From Nanobdellota archaeon (GTDB taxonomy: Archaea; Nanobdellota; Nanobdellia; Pacearchaeales; GW2011-AR1): DNA of 60,170 nucleotides. The notes under the pieces were generated by a model. It worked only from the letters and a program-made list of their open reading frames with translations. It was not told where the DNA came from and ran no database searches. This document shows, one piece after another, positions 43,402 to 53,208 of the stretch. The translations under genes and the position numbers were made by a program. The DNA lies in contig JAHIVP010000024.1 of assembly GCA_018816335.1 (NCBI GenBank), forward strand, positions 1-60,170. The letters are read 5' to 3'. The first letter of the stretch is position 1; each line of letters opens with the position of its first letter.

Positions 43402-45942
43402 ATGGTTTATAACTTTAAAAAAATAGAAAAGAAATGGCAGAAAGAGTGGGAGAAGTCGAAGATTTTTGAAGTGAAAGAAGATTCAAAGAAAAAAAAATAT
43501 TATGTTCTTGATATGTTTCCGTATCCTTCAGGAGAGGGGTTGCATATTGGGCATGCTTTTACTTTTTCTTTAGGAGATATTTATGCTCGGTTTAAGAGAA
43601 TGCAAGGATATAATGTTCTTTATCCTGTAGGTTATGATTCTCTTGGACTTCCAGCTGAGAATGCTGCAATAAAAGCAAAAGAGCATCCTTTAGATTATAC
43701 TAAGAGATCTATGAAAAATTTTATGAAGCAAGAGAAAGCAATGGGATGGAGTTATGATTGGAGTAGAGTTGTTGCTAGTCATGATCCTGAATTTTATAAA
43801 TGGGATCAGTGGATTTTTTTGAAGATGTTTGAGAAAGGAATTGCTTATAGGAAAAAAGCTCCTGTTAATTGGTGTAGGAAGTGTGATACTGTTTTAGCTA
43901 ATGAGCAGGTTACAGATGGAAAGTGTTGGAGGCATGAGGATACAGATGTTGAAATTAAACATTTAGAGCAGTGGTTTTTTAAGATTACAGATTATGCTGA
44001 TGAATTGCTTGAAGGACTTGATAAAATTGATTGGCCAGATAATGCTAAGAAGAGACAGAGAAATTGGATTGGGAAGAGTCATGGGGTTGAGATTGATTTT
44101 GAAATAAATAATGAGAAATGGGGAATTTTTACAACAAGGCCAGATACAATTTATGGTGTTACATTTATGGTTGTTTCTGCTCAACATGCTAGATTAGATG
44201 AACTTGTGACTGATGAAAAGAAAAAAGATGTTGATAAATTTTTGAAGAAGTTGAAGAGTGTTTCTGAAAAAGAGTTGGGAGATATGGAGAAGGAAGGAGT
44301 TTTTACTGGAAGTTATGCTATTAATCCTGTTAATGGGGAGAAGATTCCTGTTTATGCTGGGAATTTTGTTTTAGCTGATTATGGTAGTGGTATGGTGATG
44401 GCTGTTCCTGCTCATGATCAAAGAGATTTTGAATTTGCTAAGAAGTATTCTATTCCAATTAAAGTTGTGATTAATCCTGCTGAATATGATTTAGATGCTG
44501 ATAAAATATCAAGAGCTTATACTGCTGATGGAAGATTGATTAATTCTTCAGACCCTCGGAAATCAAAAATTTCCGGGGCCACAAAATCTAAGACTGCGCC
44601 TACGCGCAGGGATGGCGAGGATTTTGATGGTTTTGATAATTGGAATTCTAGAGAAGCTATTGAAGGTATTTCTGATTTTTTAGAGAAAAAGAAATTTGGA
44701 AAGAGAGTTGTTCAGTTTAAGTTGAGGGATTGGTTGATTTCTAGACAGAGATATTGGGGAACTCCTATTCCGATTATTTATTGTGATGATTGTGGGATTG
44801 TTCCTGTTTCTGAAAAAGATTTACCTATTGAACTTCCTAAAAATGTTAAGTTTGGAAAAGGAAATCCTTTGGAAACTAATAAAAAATTTGTTGAAGTGAA
44901 ATGTCCAAAGTGTGGGGGAAAGGGGAGGAGAGAGACAGATACAATGGATACTTTTGCAAATTCTTCTTGGTATTATTTGAGATATGCTGATCCTAAAAAT
45001 TCTAAAAAGATTTTTGATGAGAAAAAGGCAAATTATTGGGCTCCGATTGATCAGTATATTGGTGGGCCAGAGCATATTACTATGCATTTGATTTATGTTA
45101 GATTTTATACAAAGTTTTTGAGGGATTTAGGATTGTTGAAATTTGATGAGCCTGCTTTGAAATATTTTACTCAAGGAATTGTTCATGCAGCTGATGGAAG
45201 TAGGATGAGTAAGTCAAAAGGAAATATTATTGAGCCTTTGGATATGATTAAAAAATATGGAGCTGACACTTTGAGATTGGCTCTTGTTTCATTTGCTTCT
45301 CCTGATAAAGATACTAATTGGGATGAAAAAATAGTTTTAGGAAATCATAAGTTTTTGAATAAAGTTTGGGATTATTTTTCTGATTTAAAGAATATTAATG
45401 GAAAAGTTGATTTGAAAGTCGAGAGTAAGTTGAATAAGACTATTAAGGAAGTTACTGGTTATGTTGATAAGTTTAAACACAATCTTGCTATAATTAGACT
45501 TAGAGAGTTGTTTGATTGTTTTGATAAGATTGATAAGAAGACAGCTGAGAAATTTTTGATTATGTTGCATGTTTATTGCCCGTTTATAACAGAAGAATTA
45601 TGGAACAAGATTGGAAATAAAGGATTTATTTCACAAGCTAAGTGGCCAAAATTTGATGAGAAGAAGATTGATGAAAAGTTTGAGAAAGCTGAGAAAGAGA
45701 GTGATGGATTAGTTGGAGATATAAATAATTTGTTGAGGATTATGGAAGAGAAAAAGCAGAAAGTCGAGAAGGTTTATGTTTATGTTCTTCCGAATGAAGT
45801 TGATAATTATTTTGCTGAAGAGTTGAGTAAGCGTTCTCATACAGAGGTTGTGGTTTATTCTGTTGCTGATAAAGATAAGTATGATCCTGAAGGTAAGAGT
45901 AAGAAGGCGAAGCCTGGGAAGCCGGGGATTTATTTGGAGTAA
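43402..45942 (+). CDS. leuS: leucyl-tRNA synthetase, bacterial-like type, with an in-frame PAL-K insertion
   Basis: PYPSGEGLHIGHAF (HIGH), NWCRKCDTVLANEQV..GKCWRH, QRNWIGKS and SRMSKSKGN (KMSKS). An extra ..SDPRKSKISGATKSKTAPTRRDGED.. precedes FDGFDNW. Confidence 0.9.
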   Translation: MVYNFKKIEKKWQKEWEKSKIFEVKEDSKKKKYYVLDMFPYPSGEGLHIGHAFTFSLGDIYARFKRMQGYNVLYPVGYDSLGLPAENAAIKAKEHPLDYTKRSMKNFMKQEKAMGWSYDWSRVVASHDPEFYKWDQWIFLKMFEKGIAYRKKAPVNWCRKCDTVLANEQVTDGKCWRHEDTDVEIKHLEQWFFKITDYADELLEGLDKIDWPDNAKKRQRNWIGKSHGVEIDFEINNEKWGIFTTRPDTIYGVTFMVVSAQHARLDELVTDEKKKDVDKFLKKLKSVSEKELGDMEKEGVFTGSYAINPVNGEKIPVYAGNFVLADYGSGMVMAVPAHDQRDFEFAKKYSIPIKVVINPAEYDLDADKISRAYTADGRLINSSDPRKSKISGATKSKTAPTRRDGEDFDGFDNWNSREAIEGISDFLEKKKFGKRVVQFKLRDWLISRQRYWGTPIPIIYCDDCGIVPVSEKDLPIELPKNVKFGKGNPLETNKKFVEVKCPKCGGKGRRETDTMDTFANSSWYYLRYADPKNSKKIFDEKKANYWAPIDQYIGGPEHITMHLIYVRFYTKFLRDLGLLKFDEPALKYFTQGIVHAADGSRMSKSKGNIIEPLDMIKKYGADTLRLALVSFASPDKDTNWDEKIVLGNHKFLNKVWDYFSDLKNINGKVDLKVESKLNKTIKEVTGYVDKFKHNLAIIRLRELFDCFDKIDKKTAEKFLIMLHVYCPFITEELWNKIGNKGFISQAKWPKFDEKKIDEKFEKAEKESDGLVGDINNLLRIMEEKKQKVEKVYVYVLPNEVDNYFAEELSKRSHTEVVVYSVADKDKYDPEGKSKKAKPGKPGIYLE
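44555..44626 (+). repeat. PAL-K palindrome (double hairpin) inside leuS
   Basis: Hairpin cggaaat-caaaa-atttccg, then caaaatc-taaga-CTGCGCCTACGCGCAG-ggatggcgag-gattttg. Confidence 0.8.
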
Positions 45943-45989
45943 GTTTTATAAAGATATTATTCTGTGTATTTATATAAAAGAGGAATAAA

Positions 45990-46538
45990 ATGGGTTTATT
46001 AGATGTTGTGCAGTTTTCACCTGATGATTTGATTGGAAATGATAGTTTGATTGGTGGTAATGAGATTATATCTTCTTTTGATCCTGCTTTTGTTATCTTT
46101 TTATTTATGTTTATCTTTTTGATAATTGTTGGAGTTTATGTTTATTTTTCTTTAGCTTTTATGAATATTGCTAAAAGAGTTAATAAAACAAAGCCTACTG
46201 GTATTGCATGGATTCCTTTTTTAGGTCCTGAAATTATAAAATGGCATGCTTCTGGAATGCATTGGTGGCCTTGGTTATTATTTATTGGTATGTTAATTCC
46301 TATTTTGAATTTGGGTTTTATAATTACTATTGTAGTTTTTTCTTATATTTGGGCGTGGAAGACTTATAAGGTGATGGGGAGGCCGGGGTGGTGGGTTTTG
46401 ATTCCTTTGATAGGAGGGGTTATTTATATTCCTGGATTTGCTTTAGTTGGATTTTCAATTGCTGGAATTTCTTATATTGTTAGTTTTATACTTCTAGGAA
46501 TTGTTGCTTGGGGAGAACCTTCAAAAAAGAAAAAGTAA
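45990..46538 (+). CDS. multi-pass membrane protein (unknown function)
   Basis: Four to five hydrophobic helices, Trp-rich loops and a KKKK tail. Confidence 0.5.
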   Translation: MGLLDVVQFSPDDLIGNDSLIGGNEIISSFDPAFVIFLFMFIFLIIVGVYVYFSLAFMNIAKRVNKTKPTGIAWIPFLGPEIIKWHASGMHWWPWLLFIGMLIPILNLGFIITIVVFSYIWAWKTYKVMGRPGWWVLIPLIGGVIYIPGFALVGFSIAGISYIVSFILLGIVAWGEPSKKKK

Positions 46539-46545
46539 TTTAGTA

Positions 46546-46558
46546 AATTTTATATATA
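46546..46558 (+). promoter_or_regulatory. TATA-box-like element upstream of 46578
   Basis: aaattttatatat lies 20-32 nt upstream of the ATG. Confidence 0.4.
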
Positions 46559-46577
46559 ACTTATACGTCTATAAAAT

Positions 46578-46892
46578 ATGGTTAAAAAGAAAGTTGTAAA
46601 GAAAAAAGCTGAAGAAAAAGAAGATTCTAAATCTGAAGACTTGGGAAAGGAAGTTGGTCGAGTTGTAAACTATTTTGATAAGATTGGTGTAGCTGTGATA
46701 GATTTGTCAAAAGTGTTGAAAGTTGGAGCTAAGATCAAGATGCATGGGATGAATACAGGAACTGATTTTGAGATGGAAGTTAAGAGCATGCAAGTTGAGC
46801 ATAAGGAAGTTGAGAAAGCTAAGAAAGGTGATTCAATTGGAATGAAGACTGACAAGCCTGTTAAGAGAAATGATAAAGTTTATTTGATTTAG
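46578..46892 (+). CDS. small beta-barrel protein resembling EF-Tu domain 2 (translation-factor-like)
   Basis: VGRVVNYFDKIGVAVIDLSKVLKVGAKIKMHG....E.EVKSMQVEHKEVEKAKKGDSIGMK shows a translation-protein beta-barrel pattern (recognised from memory). Confidence 0.4.
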   Translation: MVKKKVVKKKAEEKEDSKSEDLGKEVGRVVNYFDKIGVAVIDLSKVLKVGAKIKMHGMNTGTDFEMEVKSMQVEHKEVEKAKKGDSIGMKTDKPVKRNDKVYLI

Positions 46893-46927
46893 TTAGATTT
46901 ATTAAGTTGTTCTTTGTGAGATTATTT

Positions 46928-47302
46928 ATGAGTACTGATGTTTGTGATGAGAGGGGTGTAAGGGTTTCTGATACTGTTGATATTCCGTGGAGTGATTTAG
47001 CTACTGCAATTGTGGCAATTCAAGGAGAGATTCTTAGGACTCCTAGGAGGACGAGGAAAGAGGTTGAAGCTTATCATGCTGGGATTGTTGTGAGATTAGA
47101 TTCTGGAGAAAGAGTTCCTGTTCAAAGTACTGCTCATAGAAACTTACATGAGATGATGTGGTTAATGGCGCATCAGATTTATGGTGGTTTTGAAACTCCT
47201 GAAGATGCTATGCCTCATTTTTTTAATCCTGATAATGGAGATTGTTCTCAGAGAGATAGATTTAATGATTGGTATACTGAAACTTATGGTGTTGTGAATT
47301 AG
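46928..47302 (+). CDS. Lys-poor orphan protein M (124 aa)
   Basis: The first ATG is at 46928 (the tracked start is TTG), with a TATA-like tract ~22-32 nt upstream. Rich in Arg/Asp/Val/His. Confidence 0.55.
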   Translation: MSTDVCDERGVRVSDTVDIPWSDLATAIVAIQGEILRTPRRTRKEVEAYHAGIVVRLDSGERVPVQSTAHRNLHEMMWLMAHQIYGGFETPEDAMPHFFNPDNGDCSQRDRFNDWYTETYGVVN

Positions 47303-47370
47303 AAATTCTAATTTTAAAATATATTTTCTAGTATACAAGTTGTTTTTAAGGTTCTTTTTATGTTTGAATT

Positions 47371-48417
47371 ATGAAACGAGGGTATAAACATAAAACAGGG
47401 GTTTTTGGTGCTGATTCTGAGGCTTATGCTTCTAGATTATTTTGGATGTTGAGAAATCCTCAAGGAAGTAATAGGCCTGATTTGTTGAGTGTTGATGGGA
47501 GGTTTGATCCAAAGAAACTTTCGATTGAGTTGAAATCTGGAAGAAATAAAAAAGGAGTTTTAGTTGATTATCAATTACATTATGCTGTTACAACTGCAGA
47601 TGACTATGTTGAGCTTTTTGGAGAGGACCCAAAAGTGCTTGGAGGAATGTTGCCTGGAATGAGTAATGGAGATAAGCATCTGCTTTCTAGCAAGGTTGCT
47701 TATTATTATAATGTTATTAATCGTGCTGATGAGTTAAAAGCAGGAGATGTTAATAAACCGTTTTCTTCTGTACAGATTGTTTGGGGAGATCAGTTTATGG
47801 TTCCTCATCAATTTGCTTTTTATAATTTTGCTGTTAATGTTGCTAGAAGAACAGGAAATGAGATTGGGGGTGTTGTGCATGATCTTTGGGATATGATAAG
47901 AGAGGATGTAGAGCATCATAGGAATGGTAGTTTTTTAAATTATAGTGATAGAAAAGGTTCAAAGCAATCTTGGCAAGATATTCATGGTAGAGATATTGAA
48001 GCAATTTTCAAGCAAGATATGGGAATTGCTACTAAATTTGGAGTGGAGAGAATGGAAATTATGCGGGAGATTTGGCCTGCTATGGATGATTTAGTTAGGG
48101 TTGAAATTCCTGCTCCTAATGGGACAACTATTTATGTTTTAGCAAATTGTGATGATGTTGATCTTTTTGAAGGGCCTTTTAGAGGGGTTGTTGAAGAGAG
48201 GAATCCTGTTATTGAGAAAATTCATCGGCAGAGAAGAAGAGCTGTTTCTTTGTTAGATAAGATCACATTTGAATCACATCCAAGTTTTTTTGATATGAAT
48301 GATACAAGATTGGTTAATAGTTTGAGTGTAGAAGAAATTAGAAAATTGAGTCGATTAGTTAATTGGATGGATGAGGGAGAGGAAGATATAACTGTTGGAG
48401 ATTATGTTCCTTTTTAG
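47371..48417 (+). CDS. Lys-poor orphan protein N with a possible N-terminal PD-(D/E)xK nuclease motif
   Basis: 348-aa ORF. ..GADSEAYASRLF...RPDLLSVDG.......SIELKSGRNKK has the spacing of a PD...(D/E)xK / Hjc-like core. The C-terminal ~230 aa are unrecognised. Confidence 0.65.
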   Translation: MKRGYKHKTGVFGADSEAYASRLFWMLRNPQGSNRPDLLSVDGRFDPKKLSIELKSGRNKKGVLVDYQLHYAVTTADDYVELFGEDPKVLGGMLPGMSNGDKHLLSSKVAYYYNVINRADELKAGDVNKPFSSVQIVWGDQFMVPHQFAFYNFAVNVARRTGNEIGGVVHDLWDMIREDVEHHRNGSFLNYSDRKGSKQSWQDIHGRDIEAIFKQDMGIATKFGVERMEIMREIWPAMDDLVRVEIPAPNGTTIYVLANCDDVDLFEGPFRGVVEERNPVIEKIHRQRRRAVSLLDKITFESHPSFFDMNDTRLVNSLSVEEIRKLSRLVNWMDEGEEDITVGDYVPF

Positions 48418-48453
48418 AAAATAATAAAAAAATAAAAATTTTTGCTTCATTTA

Positions 48454-48603
48454 TTATCTATCTCTATCTTCTCTTTTCTGAATTGTATGCCCGCATTCTG
48501 AGCATTTCCATTTTTCAAATACATCTTCTTTAAATGAAAAAGGTAGTAAAACTCCTTTGTCACATTTTGTGCATTTTGGAAATATTCCGTTTTCGTCTGC
48601 CAT
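48454..48603 (-). CDS. small zinc-ribbon protein (49 aa, below the ORF-track cutoff)
   Basis: Hand translation gives MADENGIFPKCTKCDKGVLLPFSFKEDVFEKWKCSECGHTIQKREDRDR*, with two CxxC pairs. Confidence 0.45.
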   Translation of the reverse strand: MADENGIFPKCTKCDKGVLLPFSFKEDVFEKWKCSECGHTIQKREDRDR

Positions 48604-48707
48604 GTTTATTTATCTCCTTTGATTTAATCCACCCTATTTCTCCCGCCATTTTTGGGTGAGAATGAGTTATTTACTATTAAGAAGTTGAGTATATAAATTT
48701 TTGTTTG

Positions 48708-49379
48708 CTAAAATTTTGCATTAGATAAGACTACTAGAAATCCTAAAGGAATTAATGTGATTAAAAAAGTAATTATTGTTAATATGATGATTGCTATTTT
48801 CCTTTTTTTAGAATATTCTTGTGCTAATAATATTGTTAAAGCATTAATTATCCCCAAAATTAGAGAAGGAGTTAATAACAATAAAAATATTAAATTATAA
48901 AATAAAAATTTTACATTAGGTATTAAAAGAATAACTGGAAGTGATAGTGTTAGGATTACTAATAATGCTCTATCTAACTTTCTTGAGTCCTCTTTAAGAA
49001 TTGCTATTAGAGAAAGAATGATTGTCAATGGGAAAATAATCAGCACTAAAATAATAGATATCCATTTTGATACTAGATTCGATGGTGAACTTACTATCAT
49101 TGAAAGAAATAATCCTAAGATAAAAACTATAATTAATACTCTAGATACAATATATACTTTTTTAGTATGATACATATGTCTTAGAAATTCTATTAGCCAT
49201 CCTATAATAACCCCAATTAATGTAAAACATATTGTAAAGATGATGATACCAATTATGATTTCATTTGATGAAGGGTTTGGTCCAAATATCTCACTTGTAG
49301 CATCTCTTGGATCAATCATAGTTCCGATAAATCCAATAATTCCTGTTACTATTCCTAAAATTAATGGCCAATATTTCAT
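48708..49379 (-). CDS. multi-pass membrane protein (unknown function)
   Basis: Six to seven hydrophobic helices, rich in Ile/Leu. Confidence 0.5.
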   Translation of the reverse strand: MKYWPLILGIVTGIIGFIGTMIDPRDATSEIFGPNPSSNEIIIGIIIFTICFTLIGVIIGWLIEFLRHMYHTKKVYIVSRVLIIVFILGLFLSMIVSSPSNLVSKWISIILVLIIFPLTIILSLIAILKEDSRKLDRALLVILTLSLPVILLIPNVKFLFYNLIFLLLLTPSLILGIINALTILLAQEYSKKRKIAIIILTIITFLITLIPLGFLVVLSNAKF

Positions 49380-49409
49380 ATGAAGTCTAAGATTATTTAT
49401 TTTATAAAT

Positions 49410-51167
49410 TTATTCCAGAACAGCTTTAATTCTCCTAACCCCTTGAGAACTTGATTCTTCTTTTTTAATTTTGAAATGCCCAATCTCTCTTGTATTGCTG
49501 ACATGCGGACCTGTGCAGATTTCTTTGCTGATAATATTGTTGGGTTCTTCTCCGATTGTGAAGACTGAAACTTTGTTCCCGTATTTGTCATCAAACAATC
49601 CCATTGCTCCTGATTCTTTTGCTTCTTTCGGAGTCATTTCTGCTTTTTTTACTTCATGGCTTTCTTGTATCCATTGGTTTACTAAATCTTCTGTTTCTTT
49701 TTTTTGTTCATCAGTCATTTTTTCTGAATGTGTGAAATCAAATCTTAATCTTTCAGAAGTTATGTTTGAACCTTTTTGTTGAATATGATATCCTAAAACT
49801 TTTTTTAGAGCTGCTTGAAGTAAGTGAGTTGCTGTATGTAATTTTGCTGTTTGTTTTGAGTTGTCTGCTAGTCCTGATTTGAATTTTCCTGCTGAAGATG
49901 TTCTTGATAGTTCCTGGTGTTTTTCTTGTTCTTTGTTGTAACTTTCTAAATCAATTTTTAATTTGTGTTCTTGTGCTAAATCTTCTGTCATTTCAATTGG
50001 GAATCCATAACTTTGGTAGAGTAAGAAAGCTTGTTCTCCTGAGATGGTTTTATTTTTTGATTGTTTTGCTATTTGTTCAAATTTGCTTAATCCTTGTTGT
50101 AAGGTTTTTTTGAAGTTTTCTTCTTCATCAACTAGAATTTTTAAAATTTCTTTTTTATTTTTTAGTTCTGGATAATCTTCTTCATAAATTGGAAAAACTG
50201 ATTCTGCTATTGATTTTAAGGTTTTAATATCTAGACTCTGAGCATATCTAAAAGCTCTTCTAATTAATCTTCTTAAAACATATCCATGCTCTGTATTTGA
50301 AGGTTTTATTCCTGCTGCAATTATCATGACTGATGCTTTTACATGATCAGCAATGATTCTCATTGTTCTTTGATTTTGAGGATAGAGTTGTTTTGATAGT
50401 TTTTCTATTTTTTTTATTATTGGAAGGAAGGTGTCTGTTAGATAATGATCACTTACTCCATTTAGAATAGCAACTGTTCTTTCAACTCCCATTCCAGTGT
50501 CTACATTCATTTGTTTTAGAGGTTCATATTTTCCTTGTGCAGTTTTGTTGTATTGCATGAATACATCATTCCAAATTTCTCTCCATTCATCTGGGTTTGA
50601 TTCTACATTTCCTTTTGGAGTGTTTTTTCCGATCCAGTAAAACATTTCAGTATCAGGACCACAAGGTCCTTTGTTTCCTGCTATCCACCAATTATCTTTT
50701 TTTCCTAAGAAAGCTATTCTTTGTTTTGGAATTCCTAAAGATTCCCATGTTCCTGCAGCTTCATTATCTTTTGGAGCATCTTTGTCTCCTTTGAAACATG
50801 TTACTGCTAATTTTTCTATTGGGATTTCCAAAACGTTTGTTAGAAATTCAAATGAGTATTCTATTGCCTCTTTTTTGAAGTAATCTCCTAAACTCCAGTT
50901 TCCTAACATTTCAAAGAATGTGTGATGAGATTCATCTCCAACTTCATCTATATCTCCTGTTCTAATACACTTTTGAACATTGGTGATACGGGGACCTTCT
51001 GGGTGGGATTCTCCTAATAAAAAAGGTACAAGCGGATGCATTCCTGCTGTTGTAAATAAAACTGTGGGATCATTTTCAGGAACTAAAGAAGCTGAGGGAA
51101 TTACTTTATGATTTTTACTTCTAAAGAAATCTAGATATTTTTTGATTAGTTGTTTTCTGTTTATCAT
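49410..51167 (-). CDS. alaS: alanyl-tRNA synthetase, bacterial-like and short (585 aa; no C-terminal C-Ala domain)
   Basis: The N-terminus FFRSKNHKVIPSASLVPENDPTVLFTTAGM....HHTFFEMLGNWSLGDYFK is collinear with bacterial AlaRS. Editing-domain motifs HTATHLL and CTGPHV are present. The ORF ends soon after. Confidence 0.85.
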   Translation of the reverse strand: MINRKQLIKKYLDFFRSKNHKVIPSASLVPENDPTVLFTTAGMHPLVPFLLGESHPEGPRITNVQKCIRTGDIDEVGDESHHTFFEMLGNWSLGDYFKKEAIEYSFEFLTNVLEIPIEKLAVTCFKGDKDAPKDNEAAGTWESLGIPKQRIAFLGKKDNWWIAGNKGPCGPDTEMFYWIGKNTPKGNVESNPDEWREIWNDVFMQYNKTAQGKYEPLKQMNVDTGMGVERTVAILNGVSDHYLTDTFLPIIKKIEKLSKQLYPQNQRTMRIIADHVKASVMIIAAGIKPSNTEHGYVLRRLIRRAFRYAQSLDIKTLKSIAESVFPIYEEDYPELKNKKEILKILVDEEENFKKTLQQGLSKFEQIAKQSKNKTISGEQAFLLYQSYGFPIEMTEDLAQEHKLKIDLESYNKEQEKHQELSRTSSAGKFKSGLADNSKQTAKLHTATHLLQAALKKVLGYHIQQKGSNITSERLRFDFTHSEKMTDEQKKETEDLVNQWIQESHEVKKAEMTPKEAKESGAMGLFDDKYGNKVSVFTIGEEPNNIISKEICTGPHVSNTREIGHFKIKKEESSSQGVRRIKAVLE

Positions 51168-51204
51168 TTTTCTTATTTTTTAACAACACTATAATAAAAC
51201 CCAA

Positions 51205-51290
51205 AATTTTACTCCACACAATATCCCCCCACCCACCCGTTATTGTGGAATAAAATAAACTCCTCCACCATTTTAATGAGGTAAAAATTA
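51205..51290 (+). repeat. composite PAL-C palindromes upstream of alaS
   Basis: ctccacacaata-TCCCCCCACCCACCCG-ttattgtggaataaaataa has the same right arm as the copy at 30917-30935. A second C-tract ctcctccacca with an ttttaatgagg arm follows. Confidence 0.75.
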
Positions 51291-51324
51291 ATTCTTTGAT
51301 ATTTATGTTTAGAATAAGGGATAT

Positions 51325-51669
51325 TTAAAGTTTATTTTCATATGTTAATCTTTCAAGTTTCATTCTTATTTCTTGAATTTCGTTTTCGAGTATGTCTTCT
51401 TTTGTTTCTTTTTGTTTTTCTTCTTTTCCTTTTACTGGTTGTTCTGTTGGAAGAGGAGGAAGAAATTCTTCAAATTTTTTAACTCGTTCTTTCATATCTT
51501 TTAGAACTTTTTTATATGTTTGTTTTTGAAGGAGTTCTAGTTTTCTTAGCTTCTTATAAGTTTGAATGTGTTTTTGAATTCTTATAACTGATTGTTCATT
51601 TAGTAATAGATCTCTTTTTCCTCCAAGTAAACTTCCATAATCTCTCATTACATGTAAAGAATTTGCCAT
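51325..51669 (-). CDS. coiled-coil protein (unknown function)
   Basis: 114 aa with Lys/Glu/Leu heptad-like composition. It shares one nt with the upstream gene. Confidence 0.45.
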   Translation of the reverse strand: MANSLHVMRDYGSLLGGKRDLLLNEQSVIRIQKHIQTYKKLRKLELLQKQTYKKVLKDMKERVKKFEEFLPPLPTEQPVKGKEEKQKETKEDILENEIQEIRMKLERLTYENKL

Positions 51670-52274
51670 TATCCTACTTTGTTGAAAACATTTTCTTCAA
51701 TTGATTCTAATCTTGATTTAATGTTTTCTACTTCAGATTCCCATTCTCTTATTTCATTGTCTTCTTTTTCTTTTATTTCTTTCATATCAATCATTAATTC
51801 TTCTAGCATAGAAATTGTTTTTTTGATTTCTTTAACGTCGTTAATTCCTGATTTGAATTTATCTATTCTTACAAAAACTGGTTTTGAGGTATTAATTGTA
51901 GAAGAGTCTGATGATTCATTTAATAAAGTTCTTGATTCATTTGGTATTTCATCAAAATGAATGTGGTGTTTTTCAATATGATGTTCTATTTTGGGGAATT
52001 CATGATTCATTTCTTCTGGGAAATCAGAATCTAATTCCATTGTTCTTGGTTTTGATATACCCTCGATTCTTTCTGGAGAAATATTATCTTTTACAGCTTG
52101 TTGAGTTATTTTATCTCCTAACTCATTATTTGGAAAGCTTGGAAGTGATTGAGGAGGCATGTCATTTTCAATTTCTTTGCTTCTAGGAGGAATTGGAACT
52201 AGAGGTTTATGTTCATAATTTAATTCAGGTAATTTTGGTGGTTCCTCTTTTTTCTTTTTGCTAAATAGTCCCAT
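51669..52274 (-). CDS. hypothetical protein with an MGLFSKKKK N-terminus and a coiled-coil C-terminus
   Basis: Start set at the internal ATG (MGLFSKKKKEEPPK..). Pro-rich middle and an acidic coiled-coil end. No family recognised. Confidence 0.45.
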   Translation of the reverse strand: MGLFSKKKKEEPPKLPELNYEHKPLVPIPPRSKEIENDMPPQSLPSFPNNELGDKITQQAVKDNISPERIEGISKPRTMELDSDFPEEMNHEFPKIEHHIEKHHIHFDEIPNESRTLLNESSDSSTINTSKPVFVRIDKFKSGINDVKEIKKTISMLEELMIDMKEIKEKEDNEIREWESEVENIKSRLESIEENVFNKVG

Positions 52275-52413
52275 GATATAATTAAAATAAGAAAAATATT
52301 TATAAAGACTTGCTTTCATTATTAAATGATAACAGAACAAACCGAAAGATTTTTAATAATGCTGTTCTGCAATCTATAATGGTACAATAAAAATTGTATC
52401 AAATTATACTAAA

Positions 52414-53178
52414 ATGCTTAATAAATTTTTAATTCAAGTTGTTGATAATGTTGTTGGTAGACTAGGAAGTGAGATTGTTGGTTTATTATACAAAAAGAAA
52501 GATGTAAATGAGTTTAACATCGCTAAGAAACTTAAATTAACAATTAATCAGACTAGGAATATTTTATATAAACTAAGTGATGCAGGATTGATATCTTTTA
52601 ATAGAAAGAAAGATAAAAAGAAAGGATGGTATACTTATTTTTGGACATTGGATGTGAAGACTTCTTTGAAATATTTGAAAAAGATATTATTAAAGAATTT
52701 GGAGAGTACTAGAAATCAATTGAAGAGTAGAGATACAAAGAGATTTTATGTTTGTGATTATTGTAATATTGAGATAAGTGAAGAAAATGCTTTGCTTAAT
52801 AATTTTACTTGTACTGAATGTGGGGAGATATATGAATTGCAAGATAATACTAAACTTGTAAAAGATTTGAAAAATATTATTGATAAAACAGAGAAGGAAA
52901 TTGAATTTATTGATTTAGAGATTGTAAAGATAGATGTTGTTGATGTTAGGAAATTAGAAAGAGATATGAAAAAGGAAAAAGCTGAAAAGAAATTAGCTCG
53001 TGCTATAGCAAGAAAGAAATCTGCAAAATTGAAAGCTAAATTAAATGGCACTGTTGTTAAGAAACCAACTAAGAAGAAAGTTAAGAAAAAAGTTAAAAAG
53101 AAAGTTGTTAAGAAAAAAGTTAAAAAAAAGGTAGTTAAGAAAAAGAGTTTGTTGAAAAGATTGATTGGAAAGAAGTAG
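52414..53178 (+). CDS. tfe: transcription factor TFE (TFIIE-alpha homologue) with a Lys/Val-rich repetitive tail
   Basis: Winged helix (..FNIAKKLKLTINQTRNILYKLSDAGLISF.R.....GWYTYFW) plus a zinc ribbon CDYC...CTEC. The tail is KKKVKKKVKKKVVKKKVKKKVVKKK. Confidence 0.85.
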   Translation: MLNKFLIQVVDNVVGRLGSEIVGLLYKKKDVNEFNIAKKLKLTINQTRNILYKLSDAGLISFNRKKDKKKGWYTYFWTLDVKTSLKYLKKILLKNLESTRNQLKSRDTKRFYVCDYCNIEISEENALLNNFTCTECGEIYELQDNTKLVKDLKNIIDKTEKEIEFIDLEIVKIDVVDVRKLERDMKKEKAEKKLARAIARKKSAKLKAKLNGTVVKKPTKKKVKKKVKKKVVKKKVKKKVVKKKSLLKRLIGKK

Positions 53179-53208
53179 TTATTTAAACATTAGGTATTTA
53201 ATTATTCT

